Source of the DNA: an uncultured Microthrixaceae bacterium
GTDB taxonomy: Bacteria; Actinomycetota; Acidimicrobiia; Acidimicrobiales; DATDAH01
NCBI GenBank assembly: GCA_964635055.1
Contig: CAZWMT010000020.1
Location: 25,145 to 89,144 of the forward strand
Direction: 5' to 3'
Length of the DNA: 64,000 nt
The notes beneath the pieces are model-generated. The model had not been told where the DNA came from. It searched no databases and saw nothing but the letters and a program-made list of their open reading frames with translations. Both the position numbers and the translations under genes were made by a program. Shown here in pieces: positions 1-8,629 of this stretch (position 1 is the stretch's first letter; each line of letters starts with the position of its first letter).

Positions 1-117
1 GGGCAACTCGGCGCCGATCCACCTGCCCTCGGCGGCCACGTCGACCCGCAGGTCCATGATGGCGTCGAGGTCGCCGGCCACCCCGGGCCGGACGGTGAAC
101 GCCGGCCGCTCAGCCAC
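1..117 (-). CDS. Probable GNAT-family acetyltransferase, N-terminal part (runs off window edge)
   Basis: Manual translation from GTG at 117: MAERPAFTVRPGVAGDLDAIMDLRVDVAAEGRWIGAELP. The 'VRP...DLDAI' start is typical of GNATs. Overlaps the stop of the upstream cold-shock gene. Confidence 0.55.
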   Translation of the reverse strand, partial: MAERPAFTVRPGVAGDLDAIMDLRVDVAAEGRWIGAELP

Positions 118-337
118 GGGGGCGCAGGTCCGCCGCTTCCCACTGCCCGAGCCGGCCCGGCACGACCTCGAACGCCACCGGCGCACCGACCTCGATGGTG
201 CGGGTGCCGTCGGCGATCGCGGTGCAGTGGAAGAAGTACTCGTGGCCGTCCTCGTCGGCGACCGTACCGATCCCCCGCGGGTCATCGAAGGTCGCCACGG
301 TGCCGGTTGCCCGCTCCACGGGGCCGCGTGCCGGCAT
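110..337 (-). CDS. Cold-shock domain protein
   Basis: GTVATFDDPRGIGTV and EYFFHCTAI resemble RNP1/RNP2; 75 aa. Confidence 0.8.
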   Translation of the reverse strand: MPARGPVERATGTVATFDDPRGIGTVADEDGHEYFFHCTAIADGTRTIEVGAPVAFEVVPGRLGQWEAADLRPRG

Positions 338-347
338 GGCGCGCGGC

Positions 348-818
348 TCAGCCCTTCGGGAGTTGGCGGAGCAAGTCGACCATCTCGATGGCCGTCACCG
401 CCGACTCATAGCCCTTGTTGCCGGCCTTGGTGCCGGCCCGCTCGATGGCCTGCTCGATGTTCTCGGTGGTGAGCACCCCGAACACGATGGGCACGCCCGT
501 CTCGAGCTGGGCCGCCTGCACACCCGACGCGCACTGGCCGGCCACCGCCTCGTAGTGGCCGGTGGCGCCGCGGATGACCGCGCCGAGGGTGATCACCGCG
601 TCGACCTCACCGGACGCGGCGAGGCGCTTGGCCACCAACGGCAGCTCGAACGAGCCAGGGGCCCACACCTCGGTGATCGACGCCTCATCGACACCGTGGC
701 GAACCAAGCCGTCGCGCGCCCCGGCCACCAGTCGCTCGGTGATCAGGTCGTTGAACCGGCCACACACCAGGGCGATGCGCATGCCCGAGCCGTTGAGGTT
801 GCCGGTGTAGGTCGTCAT
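348..818 (-). CDS. ribH: 6,7-dimethyl-8-ribityllumazine synthase
   Basis: [28 protein letters not shown] motifs; last gene of rib operon. Confidence 0.97.
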   Translation of the reverse strand: MTTYTGNLNGSGMRIALVCGRFNDLITERLVAGARDGLVRHGVDEASITEVWAPGSFELPLVAKRLAASGEVDAVITLGAVIRGATGHYEAVAGQCASGVQAAQLETGVPIVFGVLTTENIEQAIERAGTKAGNKGYESAVTAIEMVDLLRQLPKG

Positions 819-854
819 CGTCGGGTCCTCCCGGTGGTATGGGCCACAGCCGCT

Positions 855-2087
855 TCACTGGACATCGTCGAGTCCCTCCAAGAGATGACCCATGCGCTCC
901 CGCTTGGTGCGCAGGTACTGGATGTTTTCGGGGTTGGGGATGGATTCCAGGGCGACCCGTTCGACCACCTCGAGCCCGAAGCCCTCGAGCCCACCGTACT
1001 TGGCGGGGTTGTTGGTCATCAGGCGCATCGTCGTGATGCCCAGGTCGACCAGGATCTGGCTGCCGATGCCGTACTCGCGGTTGTCGATGGGCAGGCCCAG
1101 CTCGACGTTGGCGTCGACCGTGTCGTGACCGGCTTCCTGCAGGCTGTAGGCCCGCAGCTTGTGGCCGATGCCGATGCCCCGGCCCTCGTGGCCCCGCAGG
1201 TACACGAGCACGCCCAGCTCCTCCTCGGCGATGCGGGCCATGGCCGCGTCGAGCTGCAGGCCGCAGTCACAGCGCAGGGAGCCGAAGATGTCGCCGGTGA
1301 GGCACTCGCTGTGCACCCGGACCAGCACGTTGTCCTCACCCTGCACCGCCCCCCGCACCATGGCCACGTGCTGCTCGCCGTCGAGCAGCGACTCGTAGCC
1401 GTAGCAGGTGAAGTCGCCCCACTCGGTGGGGATGCGGGCCTCGGCGATGCGCTTCACCAGCTTCTCGTTCTGGCGGCGGTGCCGGATCAGCTCGGCGATC
1501 GAGATCATCTTCAGGCCGTGCTCGGCGCTGAATTTCTGCAGGTCGGGCACCCTGGCCATCGTCCCGTCGTCCATCACCAGCTCGCACAGCACGCCCGCTG
1601 GGTACAGCCCCGCCATGCGGGCCAGATCGACCGCGGCCTCGGTGTGGCCGGCCCGCTTGAGCACGCCGCCCTCGGCGTAGCGCAGCGGGAAGATGTGGCC
1701 CGGTCGGGCCAGGTCGGCCGGCCGGGTGGCCGGGTCGATGAGGCTCTGGATGGTGAGCGCCCGGTCGGCCGCCGAGATACCGGTGCTGGTGCCGTGGCGG
1801 ACGTCGACGCTGTAGGTGAACGCGGTGCGCTGGGCCTCGGTGTTCTGGCTGACCATCAGGGGGATGTCGAGCTCGTCGAGGCGGTCGCCGGTCATCGGCA
1901 CGCAGATCAGCCCGGAGGTGTGACGCACGAAGAAGGCGATCTTCTCGGCCGTGGCGTGCTCGGCGGCCATGATCAGGTCGCCCTCGTTCTCACGATCCTC
2001 GTCATCGACCACCACCACGATCTCGCCGCGGGCGATGGCCTCGACCGCCTCGTCGACGGTGTTGAAGGGGTTCTTGTGCTCGGCCAT
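855..2087 (-). CDS. ribBA: Bifunctional DHBP synthase / GTP cyclohydrolase II
   Basis: DDEDRENEGD, RAGHTEA, RVHSECLTGD...RCDC, GHEGRGIG, TNNPAK. Confidence 0.97.
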   Translation of the reverse strand: MAEHKNPFNTVDEAVEAIARGEIVVVVDDEDRENEGDLIMAAEHATAEKIAFFVRHTSGLICVPMTGDRLDELDIPLMVSQNTEAQRTAFTYSVDVRHGTSTGISAADRALTIQSLIDPATRPADLARPGHIFPLRYAEGGVLKRAGHTEAAVDLARMAGLYPAGVLCELVMDDGTMARVPDLQKFSAEHGLKMISIAELIRHRRQNEKLVKRIAEARIPTEWGDFTCYGYESLLDGEQHVAMVRGAVQGEDNVLVRVHSECLTGDIFGSLRCDCGLQLDAAMARIAEEELGVLVYLRGHEGRGIGIGHKLRAYSLQEAGHDTVDANVELGLPIDNREYGIGSQILVDLGITTMRLMTNNPAKYGGLEGFGLEVVERVALESIPNPENIQYLRTKRERMGHLLEGLDDVQ

Positions 2088-2088
2088 G

Positions 2089-2718
2089 TCAGGCCTCCAG
2101 TGCGGGAATGTCCAGTGCGGCGCCGGGATCGGCGTCGTGAGTGAGCAGGCGCTCGGTGTACTTGGCGATCAGGTCGACCTCGAGGTTGACGAGATCGCCG
2201 GGTCGGCGGGTGCCGAGGGTGGTGACCTCGCACGTGTGCGGGATGACCGCGACGGTGAACCCGTCGGAGCGCGGCTCGACCACCGTGAGGCTGACGCCGT
2301 CGACGGTGATCGAACCCTTCTCGATGATGTAGCGGAGCAGATGTGCGGGCACTCGCACCGCCAGGTCGGGCACGGCCCGGACCACCTCGCCGACGTCGTC
2401 CACGTGGCCCTGCACAAGATGCCCGCCGAGGCGGTCCATGAGGCGCACGGGTCGCTCGAGGTTCACGGGATCGCCGGGCTGCAGCTTCCCCACGTTCGTG
2501 CGGGCCAGCGTCTCGTCGCTGACGTCGGCCTCCCACCAGGTGGGCGGGTCGGCCGGGTCGAGGGCGACGATGGTGAGGCAGCAGCCGTTGACCGCCGTCG
2601 AGTCACCCAGGCCGGCACCCTCGAGCACGGTGTGAGCGCCGATCCGGATCCGAGCGCCGTCCGGACTCGATGCGATCGACTCGACCGTGCCCAGCTCCTC
2701 CACGATGCCGGTGAACAT
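2089..2718 (-). CDS. ribE: Riboflavin synthase (alpha chain)
   Basis: MFTGIVEE start, VNLER, GGHLVQGHVD, GVSLTV. Confidence 0.97.
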   Translation of the reverse strand: MFTGIVEELGTVESIASSPDGARIRIGAHTVLEGAGLGDSTAVNGCCLTIVALDPADPPTWWEADVSDETLARTNVGKLQPGDPVNLERPVRLMDRLGGHLVQGHVDDVGEVVRAVPDLAVRVPAHLLRYIIEKGSITVDGVSLTVVEPRSDGFTVAVIPHTCEVTTLGTRRPGDLVNLEVDLIAKYTERLLTHDADPGAALDIPALEA

Positions 2719-3755
2719 CAGGCGCCTCTCCCTGTTCCGGTTGCCGATGCGGTGGCGGTACCGTCCGGTTTCGGGGCCAGGTCCAGGCGGACGTCCTCGC
2801 CCACTCGGCGGACGCTGCGGAGCTCACCCCGCCACACGTCGTCGATGCGGGACGCGCCGGCGCCGGCGAAGAGCGGGCGGGCGTCGGCGCCGCCGAAGAG
2901 GACCGGGGCGAGGTAGAGCACGTAGCGGTCGACCAGCCCGGCGCGGTGGAAGTCGCCGGCGACGGTGGCGCCGCCCTCGACCATGGCCTGCACCACGCCC
3001 CGGCGGCCCAGCTCGTCGAGCACGTCGGGCAGGGGGCCGTCCATCTCGAGCGCCGGGAGCACCTTGGCCCCGGCCGGAGCGCGGCCCAACACAACCCGCA
3101 ACGGATCGTCGCCGTCGGCGTCGCGGACGGTGAGCGACGGGTCGTCGGCCCGGACGGTGCCGGCACCCACAATGACGGCGTCGCTCTCGGCCCGCAGCGC
3201 GTGGGCGTCGGCACGGGCCTCGGGCCCGGTGATCCACTGGCTCGACCCGTCGGGGGCCGCCGTGCGGCCGTCGGCCGAGGCGGCCAGCTTCAGCACCACC
3301 CAGGGCCGGCCGGTCGTCCGGTGCTTCACGTAGGGCGCCAGCTGCTCGGCAACCGCATCGGCCCCCACGCCCTCGACCACCTCGATGCCGGCGGCCCGCA
3401 GTCGCTCGGCTCCCTGTCCTGCCACCTGTGGATCGGGATCACGCAGGGCGTACACGACGCGCGCCACGCCGGCGTCGATCAACGCGTCGGCGCAGGGCCC
3501 CGTGCGACCGGTGTGCGAGCAGGGCTCGAGGGTGCAGTGCACCGTGGCGCCGCGCGACCGCTCCCCCGCCGCGTCCAGGGCCACGCGCTCGGCGTGCGGT
3601 CCGCCGGGCGGCTGGGTGGCGCCCTCGAAGGTGGTGCCGTCGGCGTCGGTGAGCACGCAGCCGACCCACGGGTTGGGCGACGTGGTGGCGCGCACGGTGG
3701 CCGCGAGCGCCACCGCTCTGGCCATCACCTGCTCGTCGTCCGACCTGTCGTCCAC
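2718..3755 (-). CDS. ribD: Riboflavin biosynthesis deaminase/reductase
   Basis: PNPWVGC, HAE, TLEPCSHTGRTGPC, SQWITG, VEGG. Start set at GTG 3755, 7 nt after a GAGGAG SD; the longer track ORF runs through the riboswitch. Confidence 0.95.
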   Translation of the reverse strand: MDDRSDDEQVMARAVALAATVRATTSPNPWVGCVLTDADGTTFEGATQPPGGPHAERVALDAAGERSRGATVHCTLEPCSHTGRTGPCADALIDAGVARVVYALRDPDPQVAGQGAERLRAAGIEVVEGVGADAVAEQLAPYVKHRTTGRPWVVLKLAASADGRTAAPDGSSQWITGPEARADAHALRAESDAVIVGAGTVRADDPSLTVRDADGDDPLRVVLGRAPAGAKVLPALEMDGPLPDVLDELGRRGVVQAMVEGGATVAGDFHRAGLVDRYVLYLAPVLFGGADARPLFAGAGASRIDDVWRGELRSVRRVGEDVRLDLAPKPDGTATASATGTGRGA

Positions 3756-3814
3756 CCGGTTGCTCCTCAGCGTGCGCAGACAAGGGTGCGCGCGCCGGAG
3801 GGTCCGGCGTGTCG

Positions 3815-3944
3815 ACACCCTCGCTCCCATCCGGACTGTGACCGTCGGCTCCGGAACTTCCCCGGATCGGCCCTGGCCCGAGGGCCAGGGTTCGCAGGCT
3901 GTACTGCCGGTCGGGACTTTCACCCAAAACCCCGCGAGGGGTGT
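3815..3944 (-). ncRNA. FMN riboswitch (RFN element)
   Basis: Minus strand reads GGGTGAAAGTCCCGACCGGCAGTACAGCCTGCGA...GATCCGGGGAAGTTCCGGAGCCGACGGTCACAGTCCGGATGGGAG, with closing stem ACACCCCTCGC/GCGAGGGTGT; directly upstream of ribD. Confidence 0.95.
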
Positions 3945-3963
3945 GCATTCAGTTGTGGTTTGG

Positions 3964-3985
3964 AAATTAGAACAGATTCTAATTT
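3964..3985. promoter_or_regulatory. AT-rich palindromic operator (TetR/KstR-like) upstream of the FMN riboswitch
   Basis: Perfect 9-bp inverted repeat AAATTAGAA-CAGA-TTCTAATTT in a very GC-rich background. Confidence 0.7.
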
Positions 3986-4069
3986 TGCCGGGCCATCCGG
4001 TCAACCCACGCTACCGACGGCGGTCTCACGGCACGCAGTCGCTACCCGTCGACACCCATCGCGATCGCC

Positions 4070-4558
4070 TCAGTGCTCGCGGTTGCCGGCCAGCAGGCGG
4101 AGGGCGTGGGGGATGACGTCGAGGACGGCGTCAAGGGTCTCGATGCAGCCCTTGGTCGAGCCGGGGGTGTTGAGCACGAGGCTCACCCCCACTGTCCCCG
4201 CCACCGCTCTCGACAGGCGGCCGAGGGGGCTGACCAGGCGCATGGCCTCAGCCAAGCCCGGCGCCACCCGGTCGACCACTCGCAGCGTGCCCTCGGGCGT
4301 GAGGTCGCGTGGCCCGAAGCCGGTGCCACCGGTCGTGACGACCAGTCCGGGGAACCCGTCGGTCATCTCCGTCAGCGCCGCCGCCACCGGCTCGATGCCG
4401 TCCTCGGTGACGCGGCGCTCGACCACCTCGTAACCGTTGGCGGTGAGGTGCTCGGCCAACGCCACCCCCGACGTGTCCTCGCGGGTGCCCGCCACCACGC
4501 CGTCGGACACGGTCAGCACCTTCGCGTACCCGTTCTGGACCAGGTCACCTGTGCTCAT
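4070..4558 (-). CDS. mogA: MogA/MoaB molybdopterin adenylyltransferase
   Basis: VLTVSD, TTGGTGFGPRDLTPE, LSRAVAG, NTPGS. Confidence 0.9.
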   Translation of the reverse strand: MSTGDLVQNGYAKVLTVSDGVVAGTREDTSGVALAEHLTANGYEVVERRVTEDGIEPVAAALTEMTDGFPGLVVTTGGTGFGPRDLTPEGTLRVVDRVAPGLAEAMRLVSPLGRLSRAVAGTVGVSLVLNTPGSTKGCIETLDAVLDVIPHALRLLAGNREH

Positions 4559-4595
4559 GACCGCACCGTAGGCCCCGCCGACCGCCCGAATTCAC

Positions 4596-4647
4596 CGTTC
4601 TGGGACCAGATCTCCCGTCTCACCGGTCGATTTCTGTACCCGGAACG
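4596..4647. repeat. REP-like imperfect palindrome (GTTCTGG...CC(A/G)GAAC type), copy 1
   Basis: CGTTCTGGG...CCCGGAACG terminal inverted repeat between fmt and mogA; shares its ends with the element at 6691-6740. Confidence 0.55.
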
Positions 4648-4652
4648 ATCCT

Positions 4653-5558
4653 TCACGTGCCGAGGCGCTCGCCCTCGGTCCAGTGGGTGCCGTTGAACCA
4701 GGCGTTGGCGTCCTGGCGGCCCTTGCCCTCGGGCTGCACCTCCACGAGGCCCAGGGGGCCGTCGCCGGCGCCGACCAGGACGTCGCCACCGGCGTGCTCG
4801 ACGTCGCCCACGGCCACACCGGGCGCGGGCGGCGAGTCGACCACCTGCGTGCGGTGGACCTTGAGGCGCCGTCCCCGGAAGGTGGTCCAGGCGCCGCCGA
4901 TCCGCACCTGGCGGTGGATCTCGACCGCCGGCCGGGACCAATCGATCTCCCGTTCCTCCGGCTGGACCTTCTTCGCGTAGGTGACCTCGCCCACCTGGGG
5001 CCGGGGCTCGCCGAAGCCGTCGGCCAGCGCGTCGAGCAGCAGCGACGACCCCAGGTCGACCAGTTCGTCGCGCAGCTCCTCCAGGGTGACGTCGGGATGG
5101 ATCCAGCACTCCGTGCGGGCGTACACGCCGCCGGCGTCGAGCTCGGACACGACGGCCATCAAGCAGACGCCGGTGTGCTCGTCGCCGGCCAGGATGGCCC
5201 GCTCCACCGGCGCCGCCCCCCGCCAGCGGGGCAGCAGTGAGAAGTGCAGGTTCACCAGCGGCAGGGCCTCGAGCACGTGATCCTGCAGGATCTCGCCGAA
5301 GGCCACCACCACACCCAGGTCGGCACCCACCGACAGCACGTCGTCGACGTCGTGGCTGACCGGGATGCCGAGGTCCAGAGCGGCCTGCTTCACCGGGCTG
5401 GGCTGGAGGTCGCCGCCCCTCCCCCGCCGCTTGTCCGGGCGGGTGACGACCAGCGCGACGTCCCGGCCGTCGTCGACCAGTGCCTGCAGCGGGGGCACGG
5501 CCAGCGCGGGTGTGCCCAGGTACACCAGCCGCTGGGGCGACGGCGGCACCGGGATCAC
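4653..5558 (-). CDS. fmt: Methionyl-tRNA formyltransferase
   Basis: YLGTP, VVTRPD...GRG, NLHFSLLPRWRGAAPV, LDAG. Confidence 0.96.
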   Translation of the reverse strand: MIPVPPSPQRLVYLGTPALAVPPLQALVDDGRDVALVVTRPDKRRGRGGDLQPSPVKQAALDLGIPVSHDVDDVLSVGADLGVVVAFGEILQDHVLEALPLVNLHFSLLPRWRGAAPVERAILAGDEHTGVCLMAVVSELDAGGVYARTECWIHPDVTLEELRDELVDLGSSLLLDALADGFGEPRPQVGEVTYAKKVQPEEREIDWSRPAVEIHRQVRIGGAWTTFRGRRLKVHRTQVVDSPPAPGVAVGDVEHAGGDVLVGAGDGPLGLVEVQPEGKGRQDANAWFNGTHWTEGERLGT

Positions 5559-5580
5559 GGCGTGGCGGGGGTGATCGTGC

Positions 5581-6123
5581 TCAGGGGAGCCGCAGCCCGC
5601 CGGGTGCCGCCGCCGACCGCTCGGGGGCGCGAGGCGCCGCCAGGGTGAGCTCGCGCAGCGTGCGCAGGGCGTCCTTGCGCTGGTCGTCGTCGAGGCGCTC
5701 CAGCAGCAGCACCCCGTCGAGGTGGTCGAGCTCGTGCTGGAAGAGGCGGGCCAGCAGCTCGTCGGCCTCGACCGACACCTCGTTGCCGTCGAGGTCGTAC
5801 CCGGTCAGGTGGATCTGCTTCGGCCGGATGATCTCCCACGAGAGCCCGGGCACCGACAGGCACCCCTCGTCGAAGGCCCACTCGCCGCTGCTCTCGGAGA
5901 TCACCGGGTTGACCAGCACCGCGGGCCCGTCGCCCGCGTCGTAGACGAACAGCCGCTTCTGCACGCCCACCTGCGGGGCGGCCAGGCCCAGGCCAGGCGC
6001 CTCGTACATGGTGGTGAGCATGTCGTCGGCCAAGCGCGCCAGCGCGCCGTTGATGTCGTCCACCTCGGCTGCTCGCTGGGTGAGCACCGGGTCGCCGAAG
6101 ACGCGGATCGCGTAGGGAGCCAT
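5581..6123 (-). CDS. def: Peptide deformylase
   Basis: GLGLAAPQVG, EGCLSVP, QHELDHLDG. Confidence 0.97.
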   Translation of the reverse strand: MAPYAIRVFGDPVLTQRAAEVDDINGALARLADDMLTTMYEAPGLGLAAPQVGVQKRLFVYDAGDGPAVLVNPVISESSGEWAFDEGCLSVPGLSWEIIRPKQIHLTGYDLDGNEVSVEADELLARLFQHELDHLDGVLLLERLDDDQRKDALRTLRELTLAAPRAPERSAAAPGGLRLP

Positions 6124-6129
6124 ACGCCT

Positions 6130-6678
6130 TCAGGCTACCGAGTAGAAGCGCAGGGCCACATTGCCGTAGCGGCGGGAATCGTGCAGCTGCAGGTTGGTGA
6201 GCGGCGGCTCGTCCGCCTCCTCCCGGGGGTCCAACTGCAGCACTACGAGGCCGTCGGGAGCCAGCAGGGTCGGGTGGGCGTCGATCACCTCCAGCGAGCG
6301 GCCCCAGAGCCCGTGCCACTGCGGCGGGCCCGAGAACACCACGTCGAAGGGGTCGTGTGACCGCTCGAGCCACGAGAACACGTCGGCCCGCACGACGTCG
6401 GCGCCGTCGGTGAGCCGGGTCTTGGTCAGGTTCGCGCGGATGACGTCGACCACAGCCCGGTCCTGCTCGACCAGCACCGCCTCGGCGGCACCTCGGCTGA
6501 GCGCCTCGATGCCCACGCCCCCCGTCCCCGCGAACAGGTCGAGGAACCGCGTGCCCCGGATGGCCGGCCCGAGGATGTTGAACAGCGCCTCCTTGGCGCG
6601 ATCGCTGATGGGACGGGTGCCTTCCGACGGCGGCCCCTCGAGGCGCAGCCCGCGGGCCGACCCCCCTACGACACGCAC
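6130..6678 (-). CDS. rsmD: 16S rRNA m2G966 methyltransferase
   Basis: VRVVGGSARG start, TRP.SDRAKEALFN, LDLFAGTGGVGIEALSRGA; start trimmed to GTG 6678. Confidence 0.92.
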   Translation of the reverse strand: MRVVGGSARGLRLEGPPSEGTRPISDRAKEALFNILGPAIRGTRFLDLFAGTGGVGIEALSRGAAEAVLVEQDRAVVDVIRANLTKTRLTDGADVVRADVFSWLERSHDPFDVVFSGPPQWHGLWGRSLEVIDAHPTLLAPDGLVVLQLDPREEADEPPLTNLQLHDSRRYGNVALRFYSVA

Positions 6679-6690
6679 GACGAACTGCCC

Positions 6691-6740
6691 GTTCTGGCTC
6701 CCGATTCGACCGCCAGGGCGGTCGAATCGGGAGCCAGAAC
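6691..6740. repeat. Perfect 24-bp inverted repeat, REP-like, copy 2
   Basis: GTTCTGGCTCCCGATTCGACCGCC-AG-GGCGGTCGAATCGGGAGCCAGAAC between priA and rsmD. Confidence 0.85.
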
Positions 6741-6766
6741 CTCCACGTCGATGCCCACGGCCGCCA

Positions 6767-8497
6767 TCAGCGGAGGGGGTCCACGGCCAGGCGCAGACGG
6801 CCAGGGGGACGGGGCGTCGCCGCGAGGGCGTCGCACAGCGTTCGGTGGTCGGGGGCCCGAAGCAACCACACACCATCGCGGGGGCCCAGCACCTCGACGC
6901 CGAGCGGGGTGCCAAGGGCCTCGACGTAGGCCTCGGCCGCGGCGCCCGACACCGTCGCCGTGGCCGCGAAGGGCGGGTCGCCGAGGGCGACGCGCCGCTC
7001 GCGGTCGGCGGCCGCGACGCGGCCCGGATCGGCGTGCAGGGCGGCGCTCACCACCTCATGATGGGGCAGGCGGGTCTGCAGCACGAGCCGGCCTCCCTGG
7101 GCCCGGCCACCGAGCAGCCGCGCCGCTCGGGCCACCAGCGCCATCGCCTGCTCGCCGGCGCGGTAGCGGGGCGCCACCAGCTCCTGGTCGAGGTCGAGGA
7201 ACGCCACCACCGCGGCGTCGGGCACCTGGTGCAGCACCGCCTCGGTGCCGACGTAGATGCGACCCGGCGGCAGGTCGTCGCCCGCGGTCTTGGCGCTGAT
7301 CTCGACCACCGGCTCGCCGGCCAGGGCCTCGAGCTCCTCGCGGGCCCGGCTGATGCCGGCCCGCAGGTTCTTCAGCAGGGTGCCGTGGCAGGCCAGGCAG
7401 ACGACGGGGCGTTCGACCCCGCAGCTGCGGCAGGCCAGGGTGCCCTGCTCGTTCTCGACCGTCGATGCCCCGCAGCGCTCGCAGCGGGCCAGCTCGCCGC
7501 ACCGGGCGCACGCCAGCAGGCGCGCCCGGCCGACGCGGTTCAGGACGCAGACCACCCGCCCGGCGCCCCGCAGGCGCTGCACGAGCAGGGGCGAGTACAG
7601 GCCCGCCTTCACCGGATCCTCCTTGCGGCGGTCGACCACGTCGACCACCGGCCACCCCTGGCGCTCCGCCTGACGAGACGGCGCCAGCAGCGTCCCCCAC
7701 TCCTGGGCCTCGAGCGTGGGGCACGGCGACACCAGCACACACGGGACGCCGCCCCGGCGGGCCCGCTCGATCGCCACGTCCCGAGCGTTCCACGTGGGGG
7801 TGCGCTCCTCCTGCAGGCCCTCGTCGTGCTCATCGAGCACCACGACCGCCGCGAGGTCGTGTACCGGCGCCCACGCAGCGGCGCGGGCGCCGACCACGGT
7901 GGCGCCGCCGGCGGCGACCGCCCAGTCACGCGGCATCGAGGCGGTCGTCACCCCGGCCCGGCGCAGGCGCAGGACCAGGTGGCGCGCGCCGCCGAGCGAC
8001 GGCGTCACGATCAACGCGTTGCCTCGCCCTGCGGCCGCGAGGACGTACGGGAAGGCGTCGGCGGCGGGCGGCAGGCGGACGACGGCCCGATCCAGGGCCA
8101 GGGCGTCCTGGGCCACCTCGTCGGGGCTCACCGGCACCGGGGTGCCGGACCGAGGCGTCGGAGGCACCCGGGCGACCACTCGCTCGGGCGAGGCGGTGCG
8201 CAGGAACGGCACCCGACGCCCGGCCCACCGCCACGCCGCCCACCCAGCTAGATCGATGACGTCGGCCCGGGGCCCGCGCCCCGACACCTTGGCCAGGGGC
8301 CGGAGGGTGACGCCGGCCGCCGGCTCGACGCCGACGGCCGTCACCCAGCCGCCCACCCGGCGGCCCTGCAGGTCGATGCGCACGAGGTCGCCCACCTCGA
8401 CCGGTACGCCGGCCGGCACGAGGTAGTCGAACTCCTTGTCGATGGCCGACACGTCCGGCAGCACGCGCACCACCGGAACTCGAGGCTCGGCCGTCAC
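6767..8497 (-). CDS. priA: Primosomal protein N' (actinobacterial type, degenerate helicase motifs)
   Basis: EFDYLVP, VVGARAAAWAP, LDEHD, four CxxC pairs, LVLQT, PPF; downstream of metK. Confidence 0.88.
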   Translation of the reverse strand: MTAEPRVPVVRVLPDVSAIDKEFDYLVPAGVPVEVGDLVRIDLQGRRVGGWVTAVGVEPAAGVTLRPLAKVSGRGPRADVIDLAGWAAWRWAGRRVPFLRTASPERVVARVPPTPRSGTPVPVSPDEVAQDALALDRAVVRLPPAADAFPYVLAAAGRGNALIVTPSLGGARHLVLRLRRAGVTTASMPRDWAVAAGGATVVGARAAAWAPVHDLAAVVVLDEHDEGLQEERTPTWNARDVAIERARRGGVPCVLVSPCPTLEAQEWGTLLAPSRQAERQGWPVVDVVDRRKEDPVKAGLYSPLLVQRLRGAGRVVCVLNRVGRARLLACARCGELARCERCGASTVENEQGTLACRSCGVERPVVCLACHGTLLKNLRAGISRAREELEALAGEPVVEISAKTAGDDLPPGRIYVGTEAVLHQVPDAAVVAFLDLDQELVAPRYRAGEQAMALVARAARLLGGRAQGGRLVLQTRLPHHEVVSAALHADPGRVAAADRERRVALGDPPFAATATVSGAAAEAYVEALGTPLGVEVLGPRDGVWLLRAPDHRTLCDALAATPRPPGRLRLAVDPLR

Positions 8498-8580
8498 CTT
8501 CGACCGCCCGCCTCGTGCGCCGGCACGAGCTCGTCGAACTCCTTGTTGATGGCCGACACGTCCGGCAGGACGCGGACCAC
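8494..8580 (-). other. 28-aa micro-ORF duplicating the PriA N-terminus
   Basis: VVRVLPDVSAINKEFDELVPAHEAGGRR*; 8519-8580 is a diverged copy of 8412-8473; its stop overlaps the priA GTG (GTGA). Confidence 0.6.
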
Positions 8581-8629
8581 CGTGGGCTCCGCCCCGGGAG
8601 GCGGGTCGGGCGGTGCCCCGGGCGTCAGC

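Noticed and set aside
3756..4004. N-terminal extension of RibD given in the ORF track
   Set aside because: It runs through the FMN riboswitch and promoter; an SD-supported GTG exists at 3755
6767..8497. priA as a pseudogene because it lacks a Walker A motif
   Set aside because: The frame is intact with all Cys pairs, and helicase-degenerate PriA is known in Actinomycetota
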